NCBI GenBank assembly: GCA_029210695.1
Contig: JARGFH010000005.1
Location: 1 to 48,833, forward strand
Source of the DNA: Acidimicrobiia bacterium
GTDB lineage: Bacteria; Actinomycetota; Acidimicrobiia; Spongiisociales; JAHEDJ01
Direction of reading: 5' to 3'
DNA: 48,833 bases
The notes under the pieces are model-generated. The model had not been told where the DNA came from and made no database searches. It saw nothing but the letters and a program-made list of their open reading frames with translations. Positions 19,730-31,954 of this stretch are shown piece by piece. A program made the position numbers and the translations under genes. Position 1 is the first letter of the stretch. Every line of letters begins with the position of its first letter.

Positions 19730-21121
19730 GTGGAATATCGCACCGAACGTGACTCGATGGGCGAGGTCCAGGTACCGATCAACGCCCTCTACGGAGCTTC
19801 GACGCAACGAGCAGTAGACAACTTCCCGATCTCGGGCTTGACCGTTGGGCGGCGCCTGATCTGGGCATTCGGGCTGATGAAAGGGGCCGTTGCGGCCGTC
19901 TCAGGGCCGGACGGGCACGTCGACGTCGCCACCGCCAAGGCGATCGAGGCGGCGGCCGAACAGGTGATGTCGGGCGTGCTCGACGACCAGTTCCCGGTGG
20001 ACGTGTTCCAGACCGGTTCCGGCACCTCGACGAATACGAACGCCAACGAGGTCATCGCCACCAAAGCATCCGAGATCCTGGGCGGCGAGGCCGGATCCAA
20101 ACTGGTCCACCCGAACGACCATGTGAACTTCGGCCAGTCGTCGAACGATACGTTCCCGACGGCGATGCACCTCGCCGCCGTCGAGGCGCTTCGCACGGGT
20201 CTCCTGCCTTCCCTCGATCGGCTGGCCACCTCGCTCGAAGCCAAGGCCGTCGAGTTCGCCGAGGTAGTGAAGTCGGGCCGCACCCACCTGATGGATGCGG
20301 TGCCGGTCACCCTCGGCCAGGAGTTCTCCGGGTGGGCCGCCCAGATGCGCAAGGCGGCCGAGCGGGTCGAAAAGGTGCTGCCGGAACTCGCCGAACTGCC
20401 TCTCGGCGGGACGGCCGTCGGCACCGGCATCAACTGCCCGGAGGGATTCGCCGGCAAAGTGATCGCGGTTATGGCGGAGAAGACGGGTTTTCCGTTCGTC
20501 GAGGCCGCCAACCACTTCGAAGCACAAGCTGCCAAGGATGCCGTGGTCAATACCTCGGGCGTACTCAAGACGATCGCCCAGTCGCTGTTCAAGGTGGTCA
20601 ACGACCTGCGCTGGTTGTCTTCCGGTCCCGTGACCGGCATTGCGGAGATCAAGCTTCCGGCTTTGCAGCCCGGATCGTCGATCATGCCGGCCAAGGTCAA
20701 TCCGGTCATCCCGGAAGCGGCGATGATGGTCGCCGCCCAGGTGATCGGTAACGATGTGGCCATCACGTGGGGCGGCGCCAACGGCAACTTCGAATTGAAC
20801 GTGATGATGCCGGTGATGGCCCGCAACCTGCTCGAGTCGATCGATCTGCTGGCGGCGGTGACGGGTGTGCTGGCGGAGAAGTGCATCGACGGCATCGAAG
20901 CCGACGCAGCCCGCGCCCAGATGCTCCTCGAGAAGAACGTGATCGTGGTCACGGCCCTCAACCCCCATATCGGGTACGACAACGGCTCGGCGGCGGCCAA
21001 GGAAGCCTTCGCCACCGGCCGGACGGTCCGGGAGGTCGTGCTCGAGAAGGGCCTGATGTCTGAGGAGGACCTCGACGCAGCCCTCGATCTCAAGAAGATG
21101 ACGCAGGGCGGCGTCCACTGA
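19730..21121 (+). CDS. fumC: Class II fumarate hydratase
   Basis: RTERDSMGEV, FQTGSGTSTN, HPNDHVN.GQSSNDTFPT, GSSIMPAKVNP, GNFELNV; AGGAGG RBS. Confidence 0.93.
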   Translation: MEYRTERDSMGEVQVPINALYGASTQRAVDNFPISGLTVGRRLIWAFGLMKGAVAAVSGPDGHVDVATAKAIEAAAEQVMSGVLDDQFPVDVFQTGSGTSTNTNANEVIATKASEILGGEAGSKLVHPNDHVNFGQSSNDTFPTAMHLAAVEALRTGLLPSLDRLATSLEAKAVEFAEVVKSGRTHLMDAVPVTLGQEFSGWAAQMRKAAERVEKVLPELAELPLGGTAVGTGINCPEGFAGKVIAVMAEKTGFPFVEAANHFEAQAAKDAVVNTSGVLKTIAQSLFKVVNDLRWLSSGPVTGIAEIKLPALQPGSSIMPAKVNPVIPEAAMMVAAQVIGNDVAITWGGANGNFELNVMMPVMARNLLESIDLLAAVTGVLAEKCIDGIEADAARAQMLLEKNVIVVTALNPHIGYDNGSAAAKEAFATGRTVREVVLEKGLMSEEDLDAALDLKKMTQGGVH

Positions 21122-21146
21122 GCTGAAACCCGGCGGAAGGGGCCCT

Positions 21147-21174
21147 GAGGTCCGGCGTTCCGGCGCCGGACCTC
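21147..21174 (+). terminator. GC-rich hairpin after fumC
   Basis: GAGGTCCGGCG-loop-CGCCGGACCTC, weak U tail. Confidence 0.5.
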
Positions 21175-21238
21175 TCGTTGTCCGGCCTTGCCAACGCCGA
21201 TGAGCGATTCGCCCCGGTCCGTCGCGTAGGCTCATCGC

Positions 21239-22219
21239 ATGCCATCCATCGCACCCGTCAAGTGGAACCCGCCGCCCCGCACGCCGTTCGAGGGGGCTTT
21301 CGCCACCAACGACAAACTGGCCCAAGTCGAGTTGTGGCCGACCCCGGCCGCCGGGCCTGAAGATATCGCCTTCGATTCGGCCGGCAACGTCTACACCGGG
21401 ACCGTCGACGGGTCCGTGCTGCGGTTCGCCTCAGGCGGTGGTGAGCCGCACCTGCTCTTCAACACCGGGGGCCGCCCGCTCGGTCTCGAGATGGATGCCG
21501 ACGACCGGCTGATCGTCTGCGACGCCTACAAAGGACTGCTGCGCTGGTCGGGCGGGGATCCCGAAGTCCTGGTCGATTCGTACGAGGGTGAGCGGTTCCT
21601 CTTCACGAACAACGCCACGATCGGCTCCGACGGGACGATCTACTTCACGGTGACGAGCAGGCGATTTGACCTCGCCAGCTACAAACTCGACCTCATGGAG
21701 CATTCGGGCACCGGCCGTCTCTTCGCCTACCGGCCGGACGGCCACGTCGAACAGCTTCTCGACGGCCTCCAGTTCGCCAACGGTGTGGCCCTCCCCACCG
21801 ACGAGTCGTACCTGGTGTTCGCAGAGACCGGCCTCTACCGGATGAGCAAACTCTGGCTGACCGGCGAGCGGAAGGGCCACACCGAGGTGCTCATCGACAA
21901 CCTGCCGGGGTTTCCCGACAATCTCACCCACCACGACGGTGTGTTCTGGGTGGCCATTGTGAGCCCGCGCGACAAGGTGGTGGACCTGCTGGCTCGCAGT
22001 CCGCTCATGGCGAAGCTGGCCGCCCGGCTGCCCGACTCATTGCAGCCGGCGCCCAGCCGCCATGCAGCCGTGTTCGGCGTCGACGAGGCGGGCCGGGTGG
22101 TTCACAATCTCCAGGACCCGGACGGCCGGTACGCCGTGATCACCACGGCGCGGGTGCACGGTGGCCATCTCTACCTGAGCAGCTTGCACGATTCGGCCAT
22201 CGCCAGGCTCGAACTCTGA
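21239..22219 (+). CDS. Strictosidine synthase / SMP-30 gluconolactonase family beta-propeller
   Basis: GPEDIA, GGRPLG, CDAYKGL, FANGVAL, NLPGFPDN. Confidence 0.9.
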   Translation: MPSIAPVKWNPPPRTPFEGAFATNDKLAQVELWPTPAAGPEDIAFDSAGNVYTGTVDGSVLRFASGGGEPHLLFNTGGRPLGLEMDADDRLIVCDAYKGLLRWSGGDPEVLVDSYEGERFLFTNNATIGSDGTIYFTVTSRRFDLASYKLDLMEHSGTGRLFAYRPDGHVEQLLDGLQFANGVALPTDESYLVFAETGLYRMSKLWLTGERKGHTEVLIDNLPGFPDNLTHHDGVFWVAIVSPRDKVVDLLARSPLMAKLAARLPDSLQPAPSRHAAVFGVDEAGRVVHNLQDPDGRYAVITTARVHGGHLYLSSLHDSAIARLEL

Positions 22220-22367
22220 CGGCAGACAAAGCCTCGATCTTCCAACGTTTCGCCGCCGGGCTTCATGCAGTACGATCTGCCGTTCCGGGCTCGAAGCACA
22301 ACGCCGGTTCGTGGCGTGGTGTTGAGCGCCGGGTCGCACGCCGGGATTCCGACGGAGTGAGGTTGAC

Positions 22368-25300
22368 ATGCAGACGAGCCAAACGAGACAGGCGGGCCTC
22401 TACGACCCGGCGCTCGACCATGACTCCTGCGGCATCGGCTTCGTGGCCGACATCAAAGGGCGTCCAAGCCATCAGATCGTTCAGCAGGGTCTGACCGTCC
22501 TCACCAACCTGACCCATCGGGGAGCGGTGGGCGCCGATCCGCTGGCCGGTGACGGCGCCGGCATGCTGCTCCAGATCTGCGACCCGTTCTTCAGAGCGGA
22601 AGCCGAAGCCCTCGGCATCGACCTGCCGCCGGCCGGACGGTACGGCGTCGGCATGGTGTTCCTGCCCAGAGACGATGCAGACCGGGTGGTCTGCGAAGGC
22701 GCAATGACAGAAAGCATCGTCAAGGAAGGCCTCACGTTGCTGGGATGGCGCGATGTGCCGGTCGACCCGTCCTGCCTGGGAGACAGCGTCAAACCGATCG
22801 AGCCGGTCATCCGCCAGGTCTTCGTCGGATGGGGAGACCATACCGACGACATCGACGCGTTCGAACGCAAGTTGTTCGTTGTGCGCAAGCAGACCCACCA
22901 CATAGTCAGAAGCCGTGCGCCGCATGCGGTCGAACGTGACGAGTACTACATCCCGTCGTTGTCGGCGCGCACCATCACCTACAAGGGGATGATGCTCGCC
23001 AAGAACCTGTCGGTGTACTACCTGGATCTCGCCGATGAGCGGATGGCGTCGGCGCTCGCCTTGATCCACCAGCGTTTCTCGACGAACACGTTCCCGAGCT
23101 GGAAGCTCGCCCAACCGTTCCGCTACCTGTGCCACAACGGCGAGATCAACACATTGCGCGGGAACGTCAACTGGATGCGGGCCCGCCGGCAAAACATGTC
23201 GTCGGAGCTCCTCGGGGAAGATCTCGACAAGCTGTGGCCCCTGATAGGAGACAACGTTTCAGACTCGGCGACCTTCGACAACGCCCTCGAACTGCTGGTG
23301 GCCGGCGGCTACTCGCTCGCCCACGCGATGATGCTGATGATTCCCGAGGCCTGGGCGGACAACCCCCTGATGGATGCGGAGCGCAAGGCTTTCTATGAGT
23401 ACCACGCCGCCCTGATGGAGCCGTGGGACGGCCCCGCCGCCGTCGCCTTCACCGACGGACGCCAGATCGGCGCAACGCTCGACCGCAACGGATTGCGGCC
23501 GGCCAGGTACTTCATCACCGACGACGACCTGGTGGTGATGGCTTCCGAGATGGGTGTGCTCGACATCCCGGAAGAGAAGATCGTGAAGAAATGGCGCCTC
23601 CAGCCCGGCAAGATGCTGCTGCTCGACCTCGAACAAGGCCGCATCATCGGTGACACTGAATTGAAATCCGGCCTGACCGGAGCGAAGCCCTACCAGCGCT
23701 GGCTCGATGAAACTCAGATTCGGCTCAGCGAGCTTCCCAGTGAAGTGGCCTCGATGAAACCGGACGCCAGGACTCTACGCCAGGCCCACCGAGCCTTCGG
23801 ATACACCAGCGAGGACCTCGAGTTCTTCTTGAAACCGATGGCCGCCTTCGGTCAGGAACCGCTCGGATCGATGGGCCGGGACACCCCTCCGGCGGTGCTC
23901 TCTGATCGCCCGAAGCTGCTCTACGACTACTTCAAGCAGAACTTCGCCCAGGTGACGAACCCGCCGATCGATTCGATCCGGGAGGAGACGGTGATGTCAC
24001 TCGTCTCCCTGATCGGCCCGCGCCCCAACCTGCTCGACCTCAACACAGGTGGCAACCACACCCGGCTCGAAGTTGAGCACCCGATCCTGACCAACGTCGA
24101 CCTCGAGCGGATCCGACGCATCGAGAACCACGTTGACGACGCCTTCAGGACCCAGCGGCTCAGCATCTGCTACTCGGCGGATCTGGGGGCCGGTGGAATG
24201 CAGGCAGCGCTCGACCGTCTCTGCGCCAGAGCCACCGAAGGGGTGCGCGAGGGCTACAACCTGTTGATCCTCTCCGATCGCTGCGTCGATGCGGCCCGGG
24301 TGGGGATCCCGGCATTGCTGGCCACGTCGGCCGTCCACCACCATCTGATCAGGGAAGGGCTGCGCACCGAGGTCGGGATCGTGGTCGAGACGGCCGAGGC
24401 ACGGCGGGTCCACGACTTCTGTCTGCTGGCCGGATACGGCGCCGAGGCGATCAACCCGTACCTGGCATTCGACAGTATCACCGCCATGGTCGACGAACTG
24501 CCGGTCAAGACGACCGTGCGAGAAGCCCACGAGCGTTACATCAAGGCCGTGACCAAGGGCATGCTCAAGGTCATGTCCAAGATGGGCATTTCCACCTTCC
24601 AGTCGTATTGTGGCGCCCAGATCTTCGACGCGGTCGGACTGGAGACAGAGTTCGTCGATTGGTACTTCACCGGCACGCAGTCGGTGATCGAAGGCATCGG
24701 CCTGGCCGAGGTGTCGATCGAGACCGTGCGCAGGCACCTGGCCGCCTTCAGCGACTACAACGGCGCCGAACCGGGCCGCGATGTGGGTGGCGATCTCGCC
24801 TTTCGCATCCGGGGCGAGACGCACATCTGGACGCCGGAGACGATCTCGCTGTTGCAACACGCGGTGCGGCACGGAAGTTACGAGAAGTTCAAGCAGTATT
24901 CGGCTGCCGTCGACGATCAGACCGCCAGCCTGAAGAACCTGCGCGGCCTGTTCGACTTCGACGCCGGTGCCGGCCCCGTGCCGCTCGACGAGGTCGAACC
25001 CGCCTCTGACCTCGTCAAGCGATTCGCCACCGGGGCCATGTCGTTCGGGTCGATCTCCTGGGAGGCCCATACCAATCTGGCCGTCGCCATGAATCGCCTG
25101 GGGGCGAAGTCGAATACGGGTGAGGGCGGCGAAGAAGCCAGCCGCTACATCGTCGACGAGAACGGGGATTCGGCCCGGTCGGCCGTCAAGCAGGTGGCCT
25201 CCGGACGCTTCGGGGTCACCACCGAGTACCTGGTCAACGCAGACGACATCCAGATCAAGATGGCGCAAGGCGCCAAGCCGGGGGAGGGGGGCCAGCTTCC

Positions 25301-26972
25301 CGGGCACAAGGTCAACGACTGGATCGCCCGGGTCCGCTTCTCGACCCCGGGGGTCGGTCTCATCTCACCCCCACCGCACCACGACATCTACTCCATCGAA
25401 GATCTCAAGCAACTCATCTACGACCTGAAGAACGTCAACCCGCAGGCGCGGATCAGCGTGAAGCTCGTTTCCGAGGTAGGGGTGGGCACCATCGCCGCCG
25501 GTGTTGCCAAAGCGCACGCCGATCACGTGCTCATCTCGGGCAACGAAGGAGGAACCGGGGCGAGTCCGCTGACCTCGATCATGGATGCCGGATCGCACTG
25601 GGAGATCGGCCTGGCCGACGCACATCAGACCCTGGTGGCCAACGGTCTGCGGGGCCGGATCGCCGTCCAGGCCGACGGGGGGATGCGGACCGGCCGCGAC
25701 GTGGTGGTGGCGGCACTATTGGGCGCCGACGAGGTCGGCTTCGGCACCGCCGCCCTCATTTCGGAGGGGTGCATCATGATGCGCAAGTGCCACCTGAACA
25801 CCTGTCCGGTCGGCGTCGCCACCCAGGATCCGGAGTTGCGCGCCCTGTTCCCGGGTCAGCCGGAACATGTCGTCAACTTCTTCATGTTCATCGCCGAGGA
25901 GACCAGGGAATTGATGGCCCAACTCGGCTTCCGGACCTTCGGGGAGATGATCGGGCGGAGTGATCGACTCCATATGCGAGCCGCCCTCGATCATTGGAAG
26001 GCACAGGGCCTCGACTTCCGCAGGATTCTCCATCGACCGGCCGCCGGGCCGGGGGTGGCGATCAGCAACACGGAACGCCAGGACCATGGACTCGACGAGG
26101 CACTCGACAACCGGTTGATCGAGGCGGCGCGGGCCGCACTCGAGGATGGAACTCCCGTGGAGATCGACCTGCCGATCTCTAACAAGAACCGGACGGTCGG
26201 CGCCATGCTGTCCGGTGAGGTGGCGAGCCGGTACGGTCACAGCGGCCTGGCCGACAACACCATTCATGTGAACCTGTGCGGCACGGCGGGCCAGAGCTTC
26301 GGGGCCTGGCTCGCCCACGGGGTCACCCTCGAACTCGAGGGCGACGCCAACGATTACGTCGGTAAAGGTCTGTCCGGCGGACGCATCATCATCCAGGCGC
26401 CACCCTACGGGCCGATCATCCCGCGTGAGAACGTGATCATCGGCAACACCGCCCTGTACGGGGCGATCACCGGCGAGGTCTACCTCAACGGAGGAGCGGG
26501 TGAGCGGTTCGCCGTCCGCAACTCCGGGGCCGTGGCGGTGGTCGAGGGTGTCGGTGATCACGGATGCGAGTACATGACCGGGGGATGTGTCGTCGTGCTC
26601 GGCAAGGCCGGGCGCAACTTCGCGGCCGGGATGAGCGGCGGCATCGCCTACGTGATCGACGATATCGGCGACTTCGAGCAACGCTGCAATCCATCGATGG
26701 TGGAACTCGAATCGATCAACGTCGACGAACGGGCACCGGCCGGTGTATCCGATCGGCCGACGGTCGACGAGTTGATGGCCGACCCGACCAGGTTCGACGT
26801 GTGGCGGCTGCGGACACTCCTCGAGCGTCATGCCACCTACGCCGAGAGTTCCCGGGCCAGGGAGATTCTCGACAATTTCAACGATTTCGTGCCCCGTATC
26901 GTGAAGGTGATGCCGACCGAATACCGGCGGGCACTCGAGCAGCGGACCGCCCTTGGGGTGGCGGGTTCCTGA
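22368..26972 (+). CDS. gltB: Glutamate synthase large subunit
   Basis: HDSCGIGF Ntn cysteine, [48 protein letters not shown] 3Fe-4S motif, GXGXG domain. Confidence 0.99.
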   Translation: MQTSQTRQAGLYDPALDHDSCGIGFVADIKGRPSHQIVQQGLTVLTNLTHRGAVGADPLAGDGAGMLLQICDPFFRAEAEALGIDLPPAGRYGVGMVFLPRDDADRVVCEGAMTESIVKEGLTLLGWRDVPVDPSCLGDSVKPIEPVIRQVFVGWGDHTDDIDAFERKLFVVRKQTHHIVRSRAPHAVERDEYYIPSLSARTITYKGMMLAKNLSVYYLDLADERMASALALIHQRFSTNTFPSWKLAQPFRYLCHNGEINTLRGNVNWMRARRQNMSSELLGEDLDKLWPLIGDNVSDSATFDNALELLVAGGYSLAHAMMLMIPEAWADNPLMDAERKAFYEYHAALMEPWDGPAAVAFTDGRQIGATLDRNGLRPARYFITDDDLVVMASEMGVLDIPEEKIVKKWRLQPGKMLLLDLEQGRIIGDTELKSGLTGAKPYQRWLDETQIRLSELPSEVASMKPDARTLRQAHRAFGYTSEDLEFFLKPMAAFGQEPLGSMGRDTPPAVLSDRPKLLYDYFKQNFAQVTNPPIDSIREETVMSLVSLIGPRPNLLDLNTGGNHTRLEVEHPILTNVDLERIRRIENHVDDAFRTQRLSICYSADLGAGGMQAALDRLCARATEGVREGYNLLILSDRCVDAARVGIPALLATSAVHHHLIREGLRTEVGIVVETAEARRVHDFCLLAGYGAEAINPYLAFDSITAMVDELPVKTTVREAHERYIKAVTKGMLKVMSKMGISTFQSYCGAQIFDAVGLETEFVDWYFTGTQSVIEGIGLAEVSIETVRRHLAAFSDYNGAEPGRDVGGDLAFRIRGETHIWTPETISLLQHAVRHGSYEKFKQYSAAVDDQTASLKNLRGLFDFDAGAGPVPLDEVEPASDLVKRFATGAMSFGSISWEAHTNLAVAMNRLGAKSNTGEGGEEASRYIVDENGDSARSAVKQVASGRFGVTTEYLVNADDIQIKMAQGAKPGEGGQLPGHKVNDWIARVRFSTPGVGLISPPPHHDIYSIEDLKQLIYDLKNVNPQARISVKLVSEVGVGTIAAGVAKAHADHVLISGNEGGTGASPLTSIMDAGSHWEIGLADAHQTLVANGLRGRIAVQADGGMRTGRDVVVAALLGADEVGFGTAALISEGCIMMRKCHLNTCPVGVATQDPELRALFPGQPEHVVNFFMFIAEETRELMAQLGFRTFGEMIGRSDRLHMRAALDHWKAQGLDFRRILHRPAAGPGVAISNTERQDHGLDEALDNRLIEAARAALEDGTPVEIDLPISNKNRTVGAMLSGEVASRYGHSGLADNTIHVNLCGTAGQSFGAWLAHGVTLELEGDANDYVGKGLSGGRIIIQAPPYGPIIPRENVIIGNTALYGAITGEVYLNGGAGERFAVRNSGAVAVVEGVGDHGCEYMTGGCVVVLGKAGRNFAAGMSGGIAYVIDDIGDFEQRCNPSMVELESINVDERAPAGVSDRPTVDELMADPTRFDVWRLRTLLERHATYAESSRAREILDNFNDFVPRIVKVMPTEYRRALEQRTALGVAGS

Positions 26973-28408
26973 TGGCCTCTCCGAACGCCTTTCGGGAGTT
27001 CGAACGTCGAGACCGGACGTATCTGCCGGTGGTCGAGCGGGTCCAGAACTACAAGGAGTTCACGATCCGGCTCGAAGCAGACGAACTCCGGAACCAGAGT
27101 GCCCGGTGCATGGACTGCGGTGTGCCCTATTGCCACGCAGGATGCCCGATTCACAACATCATCCCCGACTTCAACGAACTCGTCTCAGACGATCAGTGGC
27201 GGCAGGCCCTCGACGTGTTGCACTCCACGAACAACTTCCCCGAATTCACCGGCCGGGTCTGTCCCGCCCCCTGTGAGGAGGCGTGCACTCTCAATCTGCA
27301 CGATGCCCCGGTCACGATCAAGACCATCGAACACGCCATCATCGAACGGGCCTGGGCCAACCGCTGGATCGAGCCGCAAATCCCGCTCCGGCGCACCGGC
27401 AAGCGGGTGGCGGTAGTGGGGTCCGGTCCGGCCGGTCTCGCCTCCGCCCAGCAACTGGCCAGGGCCGGGCACGAGGTCGTCGTCTACGAGAAGAGCCCGA
27501 AGGTGGGCGGCTTGCTGCGGTACGGCATCCCCGATTTCAAACTGGCTAAATCCGTCATAGATCGCCGGATGTCACAGATGCAGACCGAGGGTGTCGAGTT
27601 CCGGGTCAACAGCCACGTCGGGGTGACGGTTCCCATCGAGCGACTGGTCGACCGCTACGACGCGGTGGTGCTGGCCGGCGGGGCCGAACAACCCCGGGAT
27701 CTGGTGGTGCCGGGCCGGGACCTCGACGGCGTTCACTTCGCCATGCCGTACCTCACCCAACAGAACCGCAGGGTCGGCGGCGAATCGGTGCGCAAGGCGC
27801 CCCTCGACGCAGCCGGGAAGCATGTTGTCGTCATCGGTGGTGGTGATACGGGGTCGGATTGTGTGGGAACCGCCAACCGGCAGGGGGCGGCCTCAGTGAC
27901 CCAACTCGAGCTGCTGCCGGAGCCGCCGGAACGCCCCGACAAGCTGTTGACCTGGCCGGACTGGCCCAACCGGCTCCGGACTTCCTCGTCGCACGACGAA
28001 GGCTGCAGGCGCATGTGGTCGGTATCGACGTCGTCGTTCTCAGGTTCGGACGGAAAGGTCGAGGCACTGCATGGCGTTGCCGTGGAATGGCACGAGGAGG
28101 ACGGATTTCGGGACATGCGTGAAGTGGCCGGATCCGAGTTCGAACTACCAGCCGACCTCGTGCTGCTGGCGATGGGGTTCATCAAGCCGGTGCACGAGGG
28201 TTTGCTGAGCCAACTCGGCGTCAACTACGACGGCCGCGGCAATGTGAAGGCCAACACAGACGACTACCAAACCAACATCGACGGCGTGTTCGCGGCAGGC
28301 GATATGCGCCGTGGCCAGTCGCTGGTTGTCTGGGCGATTCGTGAAGGCCGCCACTGTGCTCGGGCCGTCGACGAATACCTGATGGGCAGGTCCGATCTGG
28401 CGCGGTGA
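26972..28408 (+). CDS. gltD: Glutamate synthase small subunit
   Basis: TGATG overlap with glt[52 protein letters not shown]. Confidence 0.98.
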   Translation: MASPNAFREFERRDRTYLPVVERVQNYKEFTIRLEADELRNQSARCMDCGVPYCHAGCPIHNIIPDFNELVSDDQWRQALDVLHSTNNFPEFTGRVCPAPCEEACTLNLHDAPVTIKTIEHAIIERAWANRWIEPQIPLRRTGKRVAVVGSGPAGLASAQQLARAGHEVVVYEKSPKVGGLLRYGIPDFKLAKSVIDRRMSQMQTEGVEFRVNSHVGVTVPIERLVDRYDAVVLAGGAEQPRDLVVPGRDLDGVHFAMPYLTQQNRRVGGESVRKAPLDAAGKHVVVIGGGDTGSDCVGTANRQGAASVTQLELLPEPPERPDKLLTWPDWPNRLRTSSSHDEGCRRMWSVSTSSFSGSDGKVEALHGVAVEWHEEDGFRDMREVAGSEFELPADLVLLAMGFIKPVHEGLLSQLGVNYDGRGNVKANTDDYQTNIDGVFAAGDMRRGQSLVVWAIREGRHCARAVDEYLMGRSDLAR

Positions 28409-28461
28409 CGGGAGACCGGGCCGACGGGCAGGAACACCAGGATCTTCCGACTGTGAAACGG

Positions 28462-28489
28462 CGAGGAGGGGGCCGGAGCCCCCTCCTCG
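28462..28489. terminator. Hairpin between convergent gltD and vWA genes
   Basis: CGAGGAGGGGGC-CGGA-GCCCCCTCCTCG, perfect 12-bp stem. Confidence 0.6.
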
Positions 28490-28511
28490 GGTCGATTGGC
28501 AGTCGGATGGG

Positions 28512-29813
28512 TTATTTGGGTGCCGGTGGCACCAGGCAGGCGGCGAAGGCCTCATTGCCGAATCCGTCGGTGATCCTCACCGTGGCGTCGCCCAGGCCCT
28601 TGATCTTCCAGTCCACCGCGCCCGGGCCTGCTTTGATCGATATGTCGTCGTCGTTCTCGGTGTACTTGATATTCGTGCCACTCGCGAATGGCCCGAATAC
28701 CGTCCCGCTGCCGTCGTCGATCAACTCAACCGTCAGCCCGTCGGCCGAGGCTCCGATCAGGTAGAACCCGTCCTCGTTCTGGCCCGTACCGGGCGCCTTG
28801 GGTGTCTTCCCGGCCGGGTTGACCCCCTCGTCACAGAACGCTGCTCCGACGGTGATCGACTTCTCCTCGAAGATGACTTCACCGTCTGCGTCGGTCATTG
28901 GTTCCCCATCGATGAGGGCCCAGTCCTGGCAGACATAGACCCCGGGCGCCGCGTCGGCAGCGACCGTGATCGTCTCGGTGAAACCGGCGTCATCGCCGCT
29001 GGTCACGGTGAGGCTCGCCGGCGCAAACGTCGTCGAGATTGGGTCCGCACAATTGCTGGCCATGCCGACCTCGGCCGGTAGATTGCTCAAACCGGTGAGA
29101 ATGGCGGCCGCAACGTCATCCGAGCTGGCAGCGGACAGATACACACCACCGGTAGCGTTTGCGATAGCTGTGGCCTGACCGGTGGCGTCGAGGCCGTCGG
29201 CGCCTGGGACATTGATGGCGATCACAGTGATACCTGCTGCCTGGAGAGCAGCAATAGTCGAAGCAAGCGTTGCGGTACCGCTCGGGTCGTGCCCGGAGGC
29301 GTCGCCGAACCAGACGACGATCGGCGTGGATCCGTCCGGAAAGACCAAACCGGCGAGCTGCGTCAGGGCATTGAGTTGCGCCTCGGGAATGTCACCGCCA
29401 CCGCCAGCCGACCAGGCCCCGATGGCCGCCTGGACCGTCGCGATTGTGGGCGTCAGAGCTGCATCCAGGTTGTATACGAAAGCATCCCCGAAGTCCCGGT
29501 ACTGCGCAGCTGCGAACTGGGCAGTGGGCTGGGCGGTCTGGACTGTGGTCATGATGGCCGTGGCGTTGGCTTTGACGTTGGCCAGAGCTCCACTCATGCT
29601 CCCGGTCGTATCCGCCAGGAACACGATGGCGGGATTCGGCGGTATCTCGGGCGTGTGGACCGTCTTGACCACGTCGAAAGAGCCGCCCTGGGCCACGGTG
29701 GCGCTCACTGTTTCCGGCGTCAGAGCGGGATGGTTACCGGTCGCACCGGCGCCCATCATCGGGAAGGCGGTAAGGACCAGCGCCATTACCACCAATAGGG
29801 TCATTCGCTTCAT
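28512..29813 (-). CDS. Secreted vWA-domain protein with C-terminal QNEDGFY...CLVPPAPK domain
   Basis: Signal peptide [36 protein letters not shown]. Confidence 0.85.
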   Translation of the reverse strand: MKRMTLLVVMALVLTAFPMMGAGATGNHPALTPETVSATVAQGGSFDVVKTVHTPEIPPNPAIVFLADTTGSMSGALANVKANATAIMTTVQTAQPTAQFAAAQYRDFGDAFVYNLDAALTPTIATVQAAIGAWSAGGGGDIPEAQLNALTQLAGLVFPDGSTPIVVWFGDASGHDPSGTATLASTIAALQAAGITVIAINVPGADGLDATGQATAIANATGGVYLSAASSDDVAAAILTGLSNLPAEVGMASNCADPISTTFAPASLTVTSGDDAGFTETITVAADAAPGVYVCQDWALIDGEPMTDADGEVIFEEKSITVGAAFCDEGVNPAGKTPKAPGTGQNEDGFYLIGASADGLTVELIDDGSGTVFGPFASGTNIKYTENDDDISIKAGPGAVDWKIKGLGDATVRITDGFGNEAFAACLVPPAPK

Positions 29814-30365
29814 TATCTGTGTACCTCGCTTGTCGGGGTGCGTCGCGATTCGGTTGCCCTCTCGAGCCACGCGGAATGCAGCGCGCCGTTTCCCTCCTCA
29901 GAACTGGGTGATGTGTGCGACCCCCTTCCCGCTCGACACGTGATCGAAGCCGGCTCGCCGTGTATGAGTGGACCTACCGCAAGTGGATGTACTGCGCGTC
30001 CAGATCCGGGGTCTGCACAAGGTCGGCACCCATCGGACGGGACTTTGATCTCCCTCGGGGCGGGCAGTTCCCGCCGGGTTGATCGGCAGTGAATCGGCGC
30101 TACGTCCGGCAACTCCGGCACGAATAGCGCAAACGGTTGAACGACGCGTAGGTCCCCCTCATCGCTCTCCCAGCTCGCTCTCCCAGCGTCACTGTATCAC
30201 CACTTTATGCGAGATTGCAACGGCTTTCTGCACCCCGTTGTCTCCGTTGGGTCGACCCCCAGGTTTTGCTCTCTAGCCAAACGATCGGTCCTGTCGTATG
30301 GTCGGAGCAAGGGAAACGGCGGATCGCTCCCGGTCGCCCAATCGCTCCCGGGAAGGGGGTGACAC

Positions 30366-30830
30366 ATGCGTACTGAGTTGACCAAGACCATGCCGGTGCC
30401 GCTCAAGAAGGGGTTCGACTACCTCAACGACTTCAAGACGTGGCCGGACTGGTACGTCGGGATGACCGAAGTCCTCAACCCGGCGCACGCCCAATGGATC
30501 ATCCCCGGCGATCGCGTCGAGTTCGCCTACCGGCTCGTCGGTCGGCGCGTCGAGGGGGTTTCAACGCTCGACGACAAGATCGACTTCGATTTCGTCCGGT
30601 TCCACAGTGATGTCCCCGGCCTCCCGCGGGTCTACCACGAGTTCCACTACGGTCCTGCCGGCGACGCCGCCTTCATCCTGAAGGTCACGCTGGAGACCAA
30701 GGAAGACGAGCTAACCACCTTCTTTGGGAAGGTCGTCGACAAGATGATGCTGCCCCGGACACTCGAGCGTGATCTGCGGGGAAGCCTCGAAAACCTGGAA
30801 GAAATCTTCGTAGCGGGCCTGTACGAATAG
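30366..30830 (+). CDS. SRPBCC (polyketide cyclase/START) family protein
   Basis: FDYLNDFKTWPDWYVG and C-terminal helix SLENLEEI; GGGGGTGA RBS. Confidence 0.8.
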   Translation: MRTELTKTMPVPLKKGFDYLNDFKTWPDWYVGMTEVLNPAHAQWIIPGDRVEFAYRLVGRRVEGVSTLDDKIDFDFVRFHSDVPGLPRVYHEFHYGPAGDAAFILKVTLETKEDELTTFFGKVVDKMMLPRTLERDLRGSLENLEEIFVAGLYE

Positions 30831-30837
30831 GGGGTTT

Positions 30838-31040
30838 TTCGGTCCCCCCGGAGGGGGGAAGGTACCGCCGCCGGAGGCGGGGGTAGGGGGGCTCCGGTGG
30901 TGAGTTCCTGTTCGCGCCCCCTCTGCCTCGAAGACTCGGCATCTCCCCCGCTCGAGCGGGGAAGAAACGCGGGTGGGTCGGTCCCCCCGGAGGGGGGAAG
31001 GTACCGCCGCCGGAGGCGGGGGTAGGGGGGCTCCGGTGGG
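30838..31040. repeat. REP-like cluster: two family C units around one family A unit
   Basis: CGGTCCCCCCGGAGGGGGGAAGGTACCGCCGCCGGAGGCGGGGGTAGGGGGGCTCC twice; family A at 30916-30971. Confidence 0.9.
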
Positions 31041-31112
31041 CCGGGTTCGTGCCGCACCGGTGTAACTCGCCAGGGGGCCCAACTAGCCGGGATCTCCTGC
31101 GAACATGGTGGC

Positions 31113-31940
31113 GTGCAATCGATTGACATGCTCTCGTCCACCGGTCTCCCTCGTCACGAGGCGGAACGGCTGGTCATGGCGGCCACCAAGCGTCCCCGCG
31201 CCGGGATCCTGGACGGCACGCCACTCACCCCCGATGAGACGGCCCGCTTCCGGGAACTCGCGGCGCGCCGCCGGTCCGGCGAACCGCTCCAGTATCTGGA
31301 GGGCACAGTCGAGTTCGGCCCGGTGGAGTTACTCGTCGACGAACGTGCGTTGATCCCGCGCCCCGAGACCGAGGCAGTCTGGGATGAGGCCCGTCGCATG
31401 TTGGGAGAGGCGGGTCGGGGAACGGTCATCGTCGATCTCTGCACCGGCAGCGGGGCGATGGCTCTGGCTATGAAGACGGTGTTCCCTGCCGCCCGGGTGT
31501 TCGCGACCGACCTCAGCGAGGAAGCGTTGTCCCTGGCTGGGGAGAACGCTTCCCGCCTCGGTCTCGACATTCAGTTCTTCCACGGCGACCTGTTCGACGC
31601 GTTGCCGCGCTCGATCTACGGGCGGATCGATCTGCTGTTGACCAATCCCCCTTACATCGAGGAAAGGGAATGGCCGACTCTGCCGGCCGAGGTGCGCGAC
31701 TTTGAGCCCCGGCAGGCGCTGGTGGCCGGACTCGAAGGCACGGAGATTCTGGAGCGGATTGCAGACGACGTCTACTGGTGGCTCGGGGTCGGTGGATGGC
31801 TGGTCACAGAAATCGGCGAGACCCAGGGCCAGCGCGCGGATGAGTTGTTCGGCCAATGGCTCGACACAGAAGTGCGCCCCGATCTCACCGGCCGCGATCG
31901 AATGCTGGTCGGCCGCAAAGGCGCCCGCTGCTGCGTCTAG
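31113..31940 (+). CDS. prmC: Peptide chain release factor N5-glutamine methyltransferase
   Basis: GEPLQY, LIPRPETE, VDLCTGSG, NPPY. Confidence 0.95.
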   Translation: MQSIDMLSSTGLPRHEAERLVMAATKRPRAGILDGTPLTPDETARFRELAARRRSGEPLQYLEGTVEFGPVELLVDERALIPRPETEAVWDEARRMLGEAGRGTVIVDLCTGSGAMALAMKTVFPAARVFATDLSEEALSLAGENASRLGLDIQFFHGDLFDALPRSIYGRIDLLLTNPPYIEEREWPTLPAEVRDFEPRQALVAGLEGTEILERIADDVYWWLGVGGWLVTEIGETQGQRADELFGQWLDTEVRPDLTGRDRMLVGRKGARCCV

Positions 31941-31954
31941 CGACGCTTGGCGGT

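Noticed and set aside
19789..27472. Long antisense and alternate-frame ORFs over fumC and gltBD
   Set aside because: Typical stop-poor shadows of high-GC coding DNA with no motifs.
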